Shown here: in pieces, positions 43,190 to 55,300 of the stretch
How the letters are laid out: each line of letters starts with the position of its first letter
How positions within the stretch are numbered: position 1 is the first letter of the stretch
Assembly: GCA_001642005.1 (NCBI GenBank)
Contig: LWCA01000001.1
Coordinates: 62,001 to 126,000 of the forward strand
Direction: 5' to 3'
DNA from: Intoshia linei
Lineage: Eukaryota > Animalia > Orthonectida
DNA length: 64,000 nt
Notes under the pieces: generated by a model
Told to the model about the DNA's origin: nothing
Databases searched by the model: none
What the model saw: the letters and a program-made list of their open reading frames with translations, nothing else
Position numbers and translations under genes: made by a program

Positions 43190-44060
43190 TTAAATTCTAA
43201 TTAGTATTTTTTTATTGGAAATGTTTAAATGTTCAATTCACATTTTTTTGAAATTGTAGAATTTATGTTTACCTTTTTATTTTAATTTTAATTCAAACAT
43301 TTCAAAAATATTTGTTGATAATATATTATAAGTTATTTTTTACCGGGAATGCGTAGATTTGTCGGTTTGATATTTTGTATTTATATCAATTGGAATAAAC
43401 TGTATCAGAATAATTTTTTTAATTGTCGGACAGTTAATTATTTCAAATGTTTTGCTTTAATAAAATAGTTACGAAATAAAAAAAAATAAATAATAAACTG
43501 CTTTTTTGGCTGTAAAGGTGTCACTTTCTCAGATTGGAAATTTTAAAGTCAATTAACTGGACATAACTGTATCACCTGTAATTATTTTAAAAATTCTAGG
43601 ACTAATATCATTTTGTAATAAAAGGGTAATTTGTAGTTTTGATCGTGAAAATGCTCTTTTTTGAGGTTGCCATTTACGATAATGCTTATTATTTTAAAAA
43701 GTATCCCAGAATGTATGATTTATACGACTTTAGGACATGTTTGATTTGTAAAACATAGGGTAAGTTGTGGTTTTGACCATGAAGGTGTGCGTTTTTGAGG
43801 CTGAAATTTAAGACAATGTTAATGATTATAAAACGCGTCCTGGAATGCATGCTTTATTAAAATTTTGACTGATTTTATTTTTAAACAAAAAGGCAAATTG
43901 GGTTTTTGACCCTGAAGGACTTAAATTCAGAAACTAAAAAATAGATATCAACATCCCTACGTAAAACTATATTAGAAACTGGGTTTTTTTAAATTCTACG
44001 ACAGTCGATTTTATAAAAATATACGATAACACACACATATTCAATTTATATATAATGTAA
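43190..44060 (-). mobile_element. Helitron-family copy with tandem ~134-bp subrepeats
   Basis: The gggtaatttg..ttttgacc..gaag motif recurs at 43624, 43758 and 43891. The 5'-type end acacacatattcaattttatata lies at ~44030-44055. Confidence 0.7.
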
Positions 44061-44646
44061 ATACATTATTATGCAAGTAAATTGTACATTATAGAAATAC
44101 TATTTATTAAAAAATGCACCTTTTCATTTGAATTTCTTCTTTTTCAATTTTTTTCTTTTTACGATAATACTTTTGGATTATTACAATGGATGTAATATCA
44201 TAAATTTTTACAGAGAACTTTACGCTAAATAATTAAAGTTAAAAAATATATAAAAAGTCATTAAAATTAAAATAATATGTTAAATTTTGGATACATTTTA
44301 GGTTAACGTTATTTTTAGTTTCAGTAATTAATTAATATTTAATTCTTATTTAGTTTTTATTATATTTCTACAAGTACTTAGATATTTTTTATAATACATT
44401 TTTATTAACTATAAGTGTAACTGTAAACACATTTCATCATTTTAACTGAAACATTAATACCACTGCAATGGTAAAAAATTCATATATTTTTATATTATTT
44501 TTACCTTTCAGGACTTAAAAACGATAAGATGGTATTTGCAATATCAAATAAATGGTTTAGTTTCGTGGTTTTTTCAGTTAAGATGTTGCTAAATTAACAT
44601 TATAAATATAATATCTCTCACAAATTGTTATCGCTCATTAAATATA

Positions 44647-45094
44647 CTAAATTGACTGTTATGTACTACGTACAAACAGCACCTAGCTCTGCCGAGGGCA
44701 CATTTTATTTGTTTATTATATTAGGGTAAATTTGTTGAAATTCTAGGGGTGGTTTCATTAAAAAAAAGGGTAATTTGTGGTTTTAGCCCTGAAGATATAT
44801 TTGTTTTAAATTTAAATTTATGCTAATATTTATGATTTTAAAATGCCTATCAGAGTATATATTATTTTAAATAATCGAACTTGTTTGATTTTCAAAAAAA
44901 GGACAATTGAAGTTTTTGGTCCGTAAGATGTAAGTTTGGGAGGTTGAAATTTATTTTGCTAACACCTTTGGAAAAAACTGTAATTGAAATGTGGACTTTA
45001 TAAAATTCTAAGATTGGTAGTTATTGAAATAAACGGTAACACACACACAGACACACACAAACACATATTGCGTAGCATATTATATAAGTAAGGA
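44647..45094 (-). mobile_element. Complete short non-autonomous Helitron (448 bp)
   Basis: 5' A|TCCTTACTTATATAA. 3' GCCCTCGGCAGAGCTAGG..TGTACGTAGTACA..TTAG|T. Inserted at AT with no TSD. Confidence 0.8.
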
Positions 45095-46755
45095 TATTAA
45101 CACTATACGTATAAAATAAAGACTATGTATTACCCACTGTGTATAATAATACATAATGATTTCCATAAAAATATTTATATTAACATTTTTGTATTAATGT
45201 GTAAAATGAAAAATGTATCCACGTGCAAAACGGCTTTTTTAATAAAAAAGTGGACACCCTACAATTGTATATTAAATGAACCTTTCTCTGAATTCATTAA
45301 TATATCGGGATATTTCACGTCCTTGATTAAGAAAATTTAGTTGAATATTATTTTGTGTTATTTTAACAATTTGAAAACACTTTTCCTTTTGAATATCACG
45401 TATTTCGTATTCATTTTTAGATATATTTTTTATGGAATCAACTAAATTATAAATATAGAATACATTCTAGGATGATTATATACAAACAGGCTAGTCAAAA
45501 GTACGAACCATTGACGGCGATATAAACAAATCAAAAATTTAAGTCACTATAAGTTCTAATAGGGCTTGCTTTTTATTTCCATTTTTATCTTTATCTTGGT
45601 TTAATGGTATTAATTATTACACGTCGTGTATTCCATATATTTAGATATTTTTTATTATAATTGAGTAGAATTTGAATTTAGAAATAAAAAAACACAGTAT
45701 TCACTATAAAAAATGCATCAATTGATTTAAATAAAAATTAGATTATGATTTGTACTATAAAAACATCTAGGACACGTTTCTTAACCGGGTGCTAGAAAAA
45801 AAATTCTAATAGGTATAGTAAAACGTTTTGTCATGTGTACCCGCTAAACTACTAATTTTTATTATTTATTTTTACTAATATTTAAACCTCTTTGCGTCGC
45901 AACCTGATACATAACATATTAATACAATAAATTACCTTTCATTTCATTAAACGAAAAATCCATAGAATGTATATTTATTTTTTCATTTTCTGAAAAATTA
46001 ACCTCAGTTATACTAAAAACAAATTCATGAAAAAGATACAATAATATTATTTTAAAATATTTTGAAAGTTTAAAAAAAATATTAGCAGTGTAAAGACACA
46101 TACAAGGTTCTGAATTAATAAATTACGCGACATAAGTATGTCAACAAAAAACATAAAAAAAATACTAAATAATATTTAATTTATATTTTGTTTTAATATT
46201 TTGTATGATGACTCTTTAAATTATGAAATAATTTAATTCAATTTTTATATTTTATATTTATATTTAAATATTTTTAGTGTTGACTTAATTTTGAATGTTA
46301 CTGTACATAAAATTAAAATAAAAATTTATCCAAAAAAAATAAGTTTGTTGGCATACTTCTAACGCTGACTGTATACTGTAGTACAACCAGCTTATCTTTC
46401 TACAATGTACATTACACATAACATACAAGGTAGTGTAATATTTTTTCGATTAATTCAGAGCAAATAATTTCCAAATAATAATAAAACAAGTAAGTAGGGT
46501 TATACTCACATTTTGCAAAACAACATATACCAATTAAAAACATGAGTAAAACTTAATATGTGCTGTTATAATTATTTGTTGATCTGCAAAGATAGCATAA
46601 TCAAAATTTAAAAAAACAGTATCACCTGCATAAAATTTGAATAAATGTTAAAAATATAATGTAAACAAAAAATTGGTAAAAATACATGTAAGTAAAAACT
46701 ATACATGTAAACAAAAAATAAGACAAACACATTAAAATACTTATTCAATTACAAC

Positions 46756-48704
46756 ATGATTACGCATATTCCATCAATATTAACAATAATCATTTTGGTT
46801 AAAAAATTTTCAACCTTGACTTCATCATCATGGCTTAATTCTGTAAACTTGCCGAACGAATGCACAAATAAATCTTATAATGTAATGGGTATAATAATAT
46901 GTGACAATTTAAGCAACATAAAAATATACAATATGACTCTGCATGGGAATTTACATTTTAAAAAAATATATACATTCCAGTACGACGTATTGAAAATATA
47001 TGAATATCAAATAGACGACATAATTTTAATGGACATAATGAAGAATAAAAAGAAAAAAGAAATAATAATGTGTAAAAACAAACATTCTGGAGAATTGATT
47101 ATAACGGGTAGTATAATATATTTAAAAAAAATCAAATTCATTAAATTCAATGAAAAGTGGATATTTTATACATCAAATAACATTTATACGGCAAAGCAAA
47201 ACAAATTATTGAATTATAAAGTTAACAATTTAAAAACTTTGCATTATCATGACCATTCTGGTGTAGTTTATACTGATGGTTTTGATCAACTGGTAAAATT
47301 GAACTTTTATAAAGATAAAAAGAGGATTGTTATAAGTAATATCCGAAAAATAACTAGTGCAAATAATATACACTTGGTAACTTTCAAAAACGATTCAAAA
47401 TCATTATTTCATCAAGATACTCATAAAATTGAAGGAAATTTAAACTTTAACAATAAGAAAATTACTCTTGTAAAAGCAGAAAAACTACGTAAAAAAATAA
47501 TTTTTTCAGCATTAGTAATTTACATCAAAAAATAATAAAAAAATAATTTTTTTAGTACTACGAATGTGACACTGCCTGGCTTTCATTTTTGTGTTTATTT
47601 GATGTTTCATATGGTAAAAAGGTATTCGGAATATATACAACTAATACAGCTTTAATTAAAACTTCATCAACAGGTATTTTTTTTAACAAGGAACCACAAA
47701 TATATGTAAAAGTATTTAAATGGCATACAATCGTATTAATCCACGAAAATTGCAAAATATATGACTCGTACGACAATGGTGATATATTTAGTAAATTAAC
47801 GCTTAAAAATAACGTTTGCTTGAACAAAATAGAGTTTTTCGATATTGGTTTATCAGTCATTCGCGTCTCAACAACGTTATCAAACTCAAAATCATACATG
47901 TACGTTAATTACAATGGAATAGATTGGATTGAAACGATAAATACTCCAACATATACAATTTCAATAAATTTGATAAATTACCCCGCCGACCCTCTAGTAT
48001 TTTATGCACTCAACGAAAATTCAGTTTGGTATTCGTTTAATGGTTGTAGATCATTCATTAAAAGCGATCAAAAAATCTTGACAAATTTCATAAATTCTCA
48101 TGTAAAATCTCAAGGTTCAAAACCTAGCAAAATATTCTACACCAATAAACTAGCAAAATGTAAATACGATAAAAAACATTATAAAACCAACGTCGTGAAT
48201 GGACTTTTATATTTTGCTGAAACCCATTTTAACAATTGTCACGTCAAAACTCAGTATCTAATGATCAGTAGAAATTATAGTATTCAATGTACCCATTTTG
48301 ATTACACTACGAAATTTGGCTACAAAAAAGAAAAGTCTACTAAAATAATTAAAAAGATAAACCCTGCCAAAAATGATTCCAAAATATCTACCGTGTGTCT
48401 TGATGGAATAATGAAAAAAATTTTTTTGGAGGGGTATTTACCAATTTTTAACAATTCAAAATATGCAAATTATTGTCTATTAAATTTTACTAATAAAACA
48501 AATACAAATTTTACTTGTAAACACCTTCAAGATTTAATTAGAGGTGATGATGATCCAAAGAAAAAATTTAAAGAAAAACTTGAATACTTTGAAATTATTA
48601 CAATAATTGGAATGTTATTAGTTTTTTTGGTGTTTATTATTGTGGCTATTTCAGTTGTGAAAGATCGGAATGTAATAAAAAATAAATCGGATGTGAAAAA
48701 ATAA
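46756..48704 (+). CDS. Divergent VPS10/sortilin-like type I membrane protein (~635 aa)
   Basis: The two ORFs join in frame across a 41-nt GT-AG intron (47515-47555). Signal peptide, Asp-box-like motifs (DSYDNGDIF, WYSFNGCRSF), a 10CC-like region (QCTHFDYTTKFGY..VCLDG..EGY..C), one TM and a short tail. Confidence 0.6.
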
Positions 48705-49367
48705 ATTTTTCAATTATTATTGAAAATTCGTCATTTGTTAAAGTTAAAAATATTAAATAATTTGAATAAAGAATGAATTTGTATATTTTAAATAACTTAC
48801 CCTTTAGCTTTGTGATTCCCTAAAAATTCATACACAATCTAAAGTCAACAGCATGTAACTTAAACAATCTCAACCTAGATACGTAACTGCAGAGTCGAAC
48901 CTACCCAACTCGAGGCCACCAAAAATGAAAAATTGAAATTTTCGCCAAAAATAGGGTCAAATAACCCTATGCACCTCTCGAAGGCTCTTTATTTGAAATT
49001 TTAAATTTATGGCACAAAATAATTGATATCAAAGAATATAATTTTATTGCTTAACCTTTCATGTATTTACTAAAAATTTTGAATATTTTTAAAAAAAAAT
49101 AATGAAAACAATATTTTAATTTTAAAACTTTGAGTATATTTGAGAATATTCGTTAGTTTAAAATGAAATATGTTGTAAAATTTAAAACAAGCTATGTAGA
49201 ATTGCATTTTATTTATTACACAACATGCCATTTTTGCACCAATTTATACTTTCTAGTTATTTTCATGATTTAAGTCTACATTACAGAAGATAACAATTAA
49301 AAACCAATAAATTTTAAATAATTATCTATCACAATACATACTGGAATTACATAATTTGATTTTAAAA

Positions 49368-52300
49368 TTATAAATTGGATGAATAGATTAAAATGGCTTT
49401 GTAGCGTATCGACAGCTCAAATAAAATTGATATTATGCTAATTTATGCAAAGTTTATAAAATTTTTGGTTTTTAAATAACTATCGATTAAATAAGATTTT
49501 TAAATTTTAATTTAAGGGGTTTTTAAATAAGAATTTTTATATTACAACAGGTTGGTGCTTTGTACAAATAACACTTAGTTATGATACCCATGTTATTTAT
49601 ATCCACTTAACCACACAAAAATTTCAGTCTGACAAAGTGACGTCTTCACGTTCAAAAAAGCACTTTAGTATTTATTTTTTTATTGGATTTACAAAAAATT
49701 TCGATACCACAAATCTGCGCATTTCCTGTGAAAAATAACTTATACTATACAGTTTAAGTCCTTATTAACGGAATTGAAAATTCCATTATGTAATTAAATT
49801 TTAAATTTGTGAAATAATTGGAATATAAAATTTTCACCATAATAACACACTTGTTAACGGAATTTAATTTTTTAATAATTGTAAATAAAAACTATTAAAC
49901 GGCCTATTTTAATATATATCTTATATTAAACTATTTAACATATTTCTTGTAATTATGAGTTTTTGAATAATACATGACGAAGTATTATACACCCATCATT
50001 CTCAATGGCTTTCATGTGAACCCTGAGGGTCCACATCAATTTTTTAGGTATCCATGAAAAATTTAATAATTAAATTATATACAGAATTAAAATAAAGTAA
50101 AAAATGATATTTTCACAATAATAAGTAATTATATCTAATTTAAAATCTATAAAAAATTTGATAAAAAACGTAATAAATTGAGTTTGTAAATAAGTCAAAA
50201 ATAAAATGGGCAAGTCAGTTTTTGTTTATGCTAGTTCAGTGGTTCCCAAAGTGGTCCACAGGAAATTCTAGGTGGTCCACAAAAACAATTTTTAATAAAA
50301 TCAACATAACCTTTTTTTAAACAATAATATTAAATTAGAATATTATTCATTATCGATTATTTATTATTATTAATGACGTGAACGTAAATATCATTTTATA
50401 AAAATGAAGTGAAAATTTACTGAATAACGTGAATAATTTTCATGTGCGTTAAATTTAATCTATGTAACGATTTAACTTAGTTCGATAATCGTTCCCAGAA
50501 CCGAACCTAGCAAGCTCGTGGCCCCTCCTAAAATGAAAACTACCCCTTAAAAAAATTTGTAAACATATTATAATGTCATATAACCATATCCACCTTTAAA
50601 GACTATTGAGGTGACATTTTAAATTTAACACACAAATTAGTTGATATGCAAAAAATTTTTGAATTCTCAATTTAGTAAATTAAAGCCTCATCTTAAAAAA
50701 ATTTTCGTTGAGATTCATCGGTAGAAATGTCTCGGATACGGTAGGTTCGGCACTGGTAGTTCATCATAATTAATAATAATTTGAAATTAATAATTTTTTT
50801 TAATTACGCCATTGAGCTACCATGTTAAAATTAATGCTAAATTTTCGATTTAAGGAGGAATATATAATAAAAAAATTTAAATATTACCTTAGTGACGTGT
50901 TCAGGATTAAGGGGATTTTATTTATAAATTATGTGGTCACACACCTTTTTTTTGTGACAAGTGGTTGATGGTGGATAAAGTTTGGGAACCACTGTGCTAA
51001 TCATTAAAAATAGATTATAGATATTTAGAGATAACATTTTTATTAACGGAATGTTTAATTCATACAAATTTGCTAAGAAAAAATAAATTCCGTTAACTGT
51101 TAACTTAACATATATATATATATATAATTATAATATTAGAATATAATAATATGTTTATATATAAACCTATTGTGATTGAATTTTAAATACTTTAGAAAAC
51201 AGATGGAGCACATATTTGAATCAATATCAACTTTTTTTAGAATGTTTCCAGACATATTGATAGTATTAATAATATTGAACTGTTGCATTGAATCAATCTA
51301 AATTTATAATATTCATTGATATAATAAATATACATTGCATAGTATACAAATAATTGTAGTAACTAATATCATGTATTACATGTTGTATAATTATAAATTT
51401 TTTGATATAATATAATAACCGTTTCAATTTCATTATAAGACAAATCTACATATAAAAGCCTTGAAAACTGAAAAATACTTTTTGAACTTGTAAGAAAATT
51501 TCCCTTTAACGACAAATAAACCAAAAATGGCATAATTTTCTTAGTACAATTATAATTAATTGAATCAGAGACTTTATCATAACATTCAACACTTTGAATA
51601 GAATTTTCGTCCACATTCAAATATAAAATACATTTATAAAAATTAAATGTCCTTTCATCATTCGAAAGCAAATCAAATTCACAAATACGATTTTTACACA
51701 AATTGAGTATTTTAAATTCAAAATTAACATGATCACTCTTACAAAAATCCAAACTTTCAACCATGTTATTTGATAAATCGATATGATTCAACTTTTTAAC
51801 TAATGTTTTTAAATACACGCTCTTGAGTTTATTATTCTAAATATTTATACATATAAAAATGGACATGTGCTTTATACCTTTAAATCCAATTCAACAAGAT
51901 TACTATATACTACATCAAAAAAAAATGATTCAATTTTGCAATTATTAATTCGTAGTATTGAAATATTTTGTAAGAGAATATTGTTTTTGATTAATATTTT
52001 CAAATTAATGTTAATTTTATCAACATTCTCAATTTCAATAATCTAAATAAATTTATAAGACCTTAATAAATAATTGTTTTATTAAAAATCATACATTTTT
52101 AAGTAACTTTACAGTCTTATCGAAATCAGTATCATTCGAATTTTCATTCAAATTATTGTAATACTTGCTAAATTTCAAATCTTGGTTAATATTATATTTT
52201 TTTCTTCTTTTGAGTTTCATATATAAAATGCTAAAATAATAATTAAAATTAAAATAATGTACTTAGTACATAACAGAAAAGCTATAATAAAATATTACGC

Positions 52301-55300
52301 ATTTTTTTGAAATTTCAAATATTCACTTCTCAATTTTTTAAAATTGGATATATCAGAATTCAATAAATTTTTGTTAATCTTTTCACCACATTCTAATTTG
52401 TTTTCATTAGTTTTTTTTAAATTTTGATGGATAGAGTTATTATTAATATTATCATTTTTTTTATTTATTGTATTCTTCAAATTTGGTAAATTTTCCTTTT
52501 TATCTTGGGTACATGACAAACCCTTTAATGTAACAGGTTTAAAATTATCATCTAAACTTGAATCTTTAATTTGTTCCAATTCCACACATTTCACAATAAT
52601 TTTCACATCATCATTTCGACTAATTTCCTGGTTATTTTTCATGTCTATATTTTGACATTTATTTAACCGTATTTGACCTTTTTCACATTTTTCAATTTTT
52701 TTGACTTGAACGTCCTTGAAATTTTTTTTAATAATTGCGAAACTTTTTATTTCTTCATCTTTTTTAATTTTATCACATTTTTCATCATTTGTAGAATTAA
52801 CCAAATCTTTAGAATTTTTGATTATTCTAAATTTATCACATTTTTCAATGTTTTTAATATTTTCAAATTTTTCATTTTCATTTTTTAAATTTACATTATC
52901 CTTCAAATATTCATTCTTTTTATCAATTTTATCTAATTTACAAACATTTAGAGACTTATCAAGAATGTAATCTTTTCTTTTTACAAAACTGTTAACAATT
53001 TTAGAAATATCTGATTTAATCGAATTTTTTGTAATTTTGGACATTTTTGTTTCATTTTGTATCTCCATTTTTATCTCCTCTTTTGGTTTGTAAATTTTTT
53101 CTTTGTCAAACAAACTATCTATAAAATTTTCTACCTTAAATGTGGACTTTTCTAGATTTTTCAAATCATTTATGGAATTATTGTTTACAGGTTTTACAGT
53201 TGATGTACATTTTATTTCATCTTTTCGTATATTTTTATTCGAATATTTATCTTTTATACAATGTGTATTCAAATCACTTGAAATTTGAAATTTTTCTTCA
53301 TTATCTTGGTTATTTTCAATTTTTTTTATAGAAACATAAGATACATTTCCATTATTGTCAAGACTTATGAAGTCTTTATTAATTTCTTGGATTTTCAATA
53401 TTTTTAAATTGGATAAATACTCAGCTTTTTTATTCTTCATGTCATTATGTATTTTTTCATTATTTTTGTTTTTATTAGATGCAATAGTAATCTCTTCTAA
53501 TTCATAAAGTTTATTTGGGTTTATGGACTGATTATTTTCAGTGCAATTATTTAATTGATTGTCGTTTTCATCAGTATTTTTTATTTCTTGCTTTATATCC
53601 ATTTTCAATTTTTCTTTTTTTGATTTTATCGATATTACAGAATTTTTCAAAAATCGAATAATAATATTTGCACATGTTTTTAGCTTCATTTTATTACAGA
53701 ATACATCAATTTTCATTTGACGTGCATCGTTTTTTATTATTGTAATTTCGTCGTTTAATATTTTCTAAATATACTATTATAAATAAAAATATTAACCCTA
53801 ATTAATAGGAATACTGAAATATTTTGATATATTAATTATTATATTATATTATGATATAAAAATTTTATCAACTACCACATTGTATATTGCAGTGTTTCTC
53901 AAGTAGTGAACCTTGGCACTAATGAGCCCAAAAAAAATTCTGAGTTTCTGAGTTGCCGCGGAAAATAAAAACGAGGTATGTACCATTTCACAGAGGACCA
54001 GTTACATTAGTTTTTTTGGTTTTTATACCGAAACAACTTTTTTTCTCAAATTTATCTTTTCTTTCTAAAATCTTATAATACATATTATTATTTATATAGT
54101 AAGGATTTTTATAAGCACCCAACCAATATATAATTTTTACTATTTTGATTTTTTTTGTGAGCTAATTTTTTTAAGTTCTTCCAAATGCGGATAAATGGGA
54201 AAAAAGTTGAGAAACACTGGTACATTGTATTACATTGTTTTTTTCATATGACGTTTCCAAAATGTTATTTTCAATGTTACACTGTTCAATCAATCTTTGA
54301 TTTTTATTCTACATGTAAATAATTAATTATTTAGAGTTGACAAAAATGCATGTTTGTTTGTAAAAGTAAAAGTACCTGTAAATTATTTTGTTGAAAGTTG
54401 GTTTCATCATATTTTTCTTTATGTTGGTCAGCACTGTTGTCCATAATATCGTTAATTTCGTCGGAATAATTTATTTTAAGGTTTTTTAATATCTAAATTT
54501 TGATCATCATTGTAATCAAAAACGCATGTAAAAATACCTCTAAATATATATGTAAATTTTATTAAAAATTGAGCTTATCAATGAGTTTGTAACAATAGAA
54601 ATCATTGATAACTAACTAATTAATATTGATAAACTAATTGATAACTAATCAATTATTTTGTTTTCTAAATTTTTTAAAACCCAACCAAATATTCACAAGC
54701 CCCATTGGTGGGCAGACGTCCCACGTTGGGAATCACTGCGCTACAGTATCTTATTGAAAAAACTGATATTTACAGTGATATAAAATTTTTCAGTTTGTGA
54801 CATGAAGAATATCATAACAGTGGCACAAGTATTTATATAACTACCTCATATGTTTCATTGTTTTCATTATTTCCTATATCCTTATCTTCAACATCTAAAT
54901 TTTTAATTTATCTTAGTTCATGATTTTTATAATTTGTATTTTGATATGATTTAATTAGAAGTTGGCAAATTTTGTTCTAAGGATGAAATCTCAGTTTCTG
55001 CACTGTGAATTGTGAAGTCGGATTCTACGTTAGTCATAAAATTTTACATAATCTCATACCTACGGACCAATTTTCAGAATTCACAAATATACACATTTTT
55101 TTAATTTTCAATAAAAAATCCAGATTTTTCTAAAAAAATTTTAAACTGCACTTTCCGATATTTTTCAACTCAAAATTCAAAATATATTCCAGTATTTATG
55201 TTGTATAAAATTATAAGACTTTCTTAATTTTACAAAACTGAGAAATTTGTGGTTTTGACCGTAAAGATATAACATTTTGAAATTAAAAATTATCATAATA

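Larger units (their letters stand above)
49750..51110. mobile_element. pogo/Tc1-type non-autonomous element hosting nested MITEs
   Basis: TA|cagtttaagtccttattaacggaatt left end. Right end aattccgttaa..acttaac..TA. Repeated ttaacggaat motifs. Confidence 0.55.

Noticed and set aside
43620-43930. Regularly spaced motif resembling a CRISPR array
   Set aside because: Whole units are homologous to each other rather than unique spacers, the genome is eukaryotic, and no cas genes are present.
49072-49125. ~50-bp match to 21571-21620
   Set aside because: Nearly pure A/T, and no Cys-rich cassette was found next to the second copy.
52673-53331. Plus-strand Phe/Ile-rich ORFs
   Set aside because: Antisense shadows of the Lys/Asn-rich LRRIQ1-like exon.
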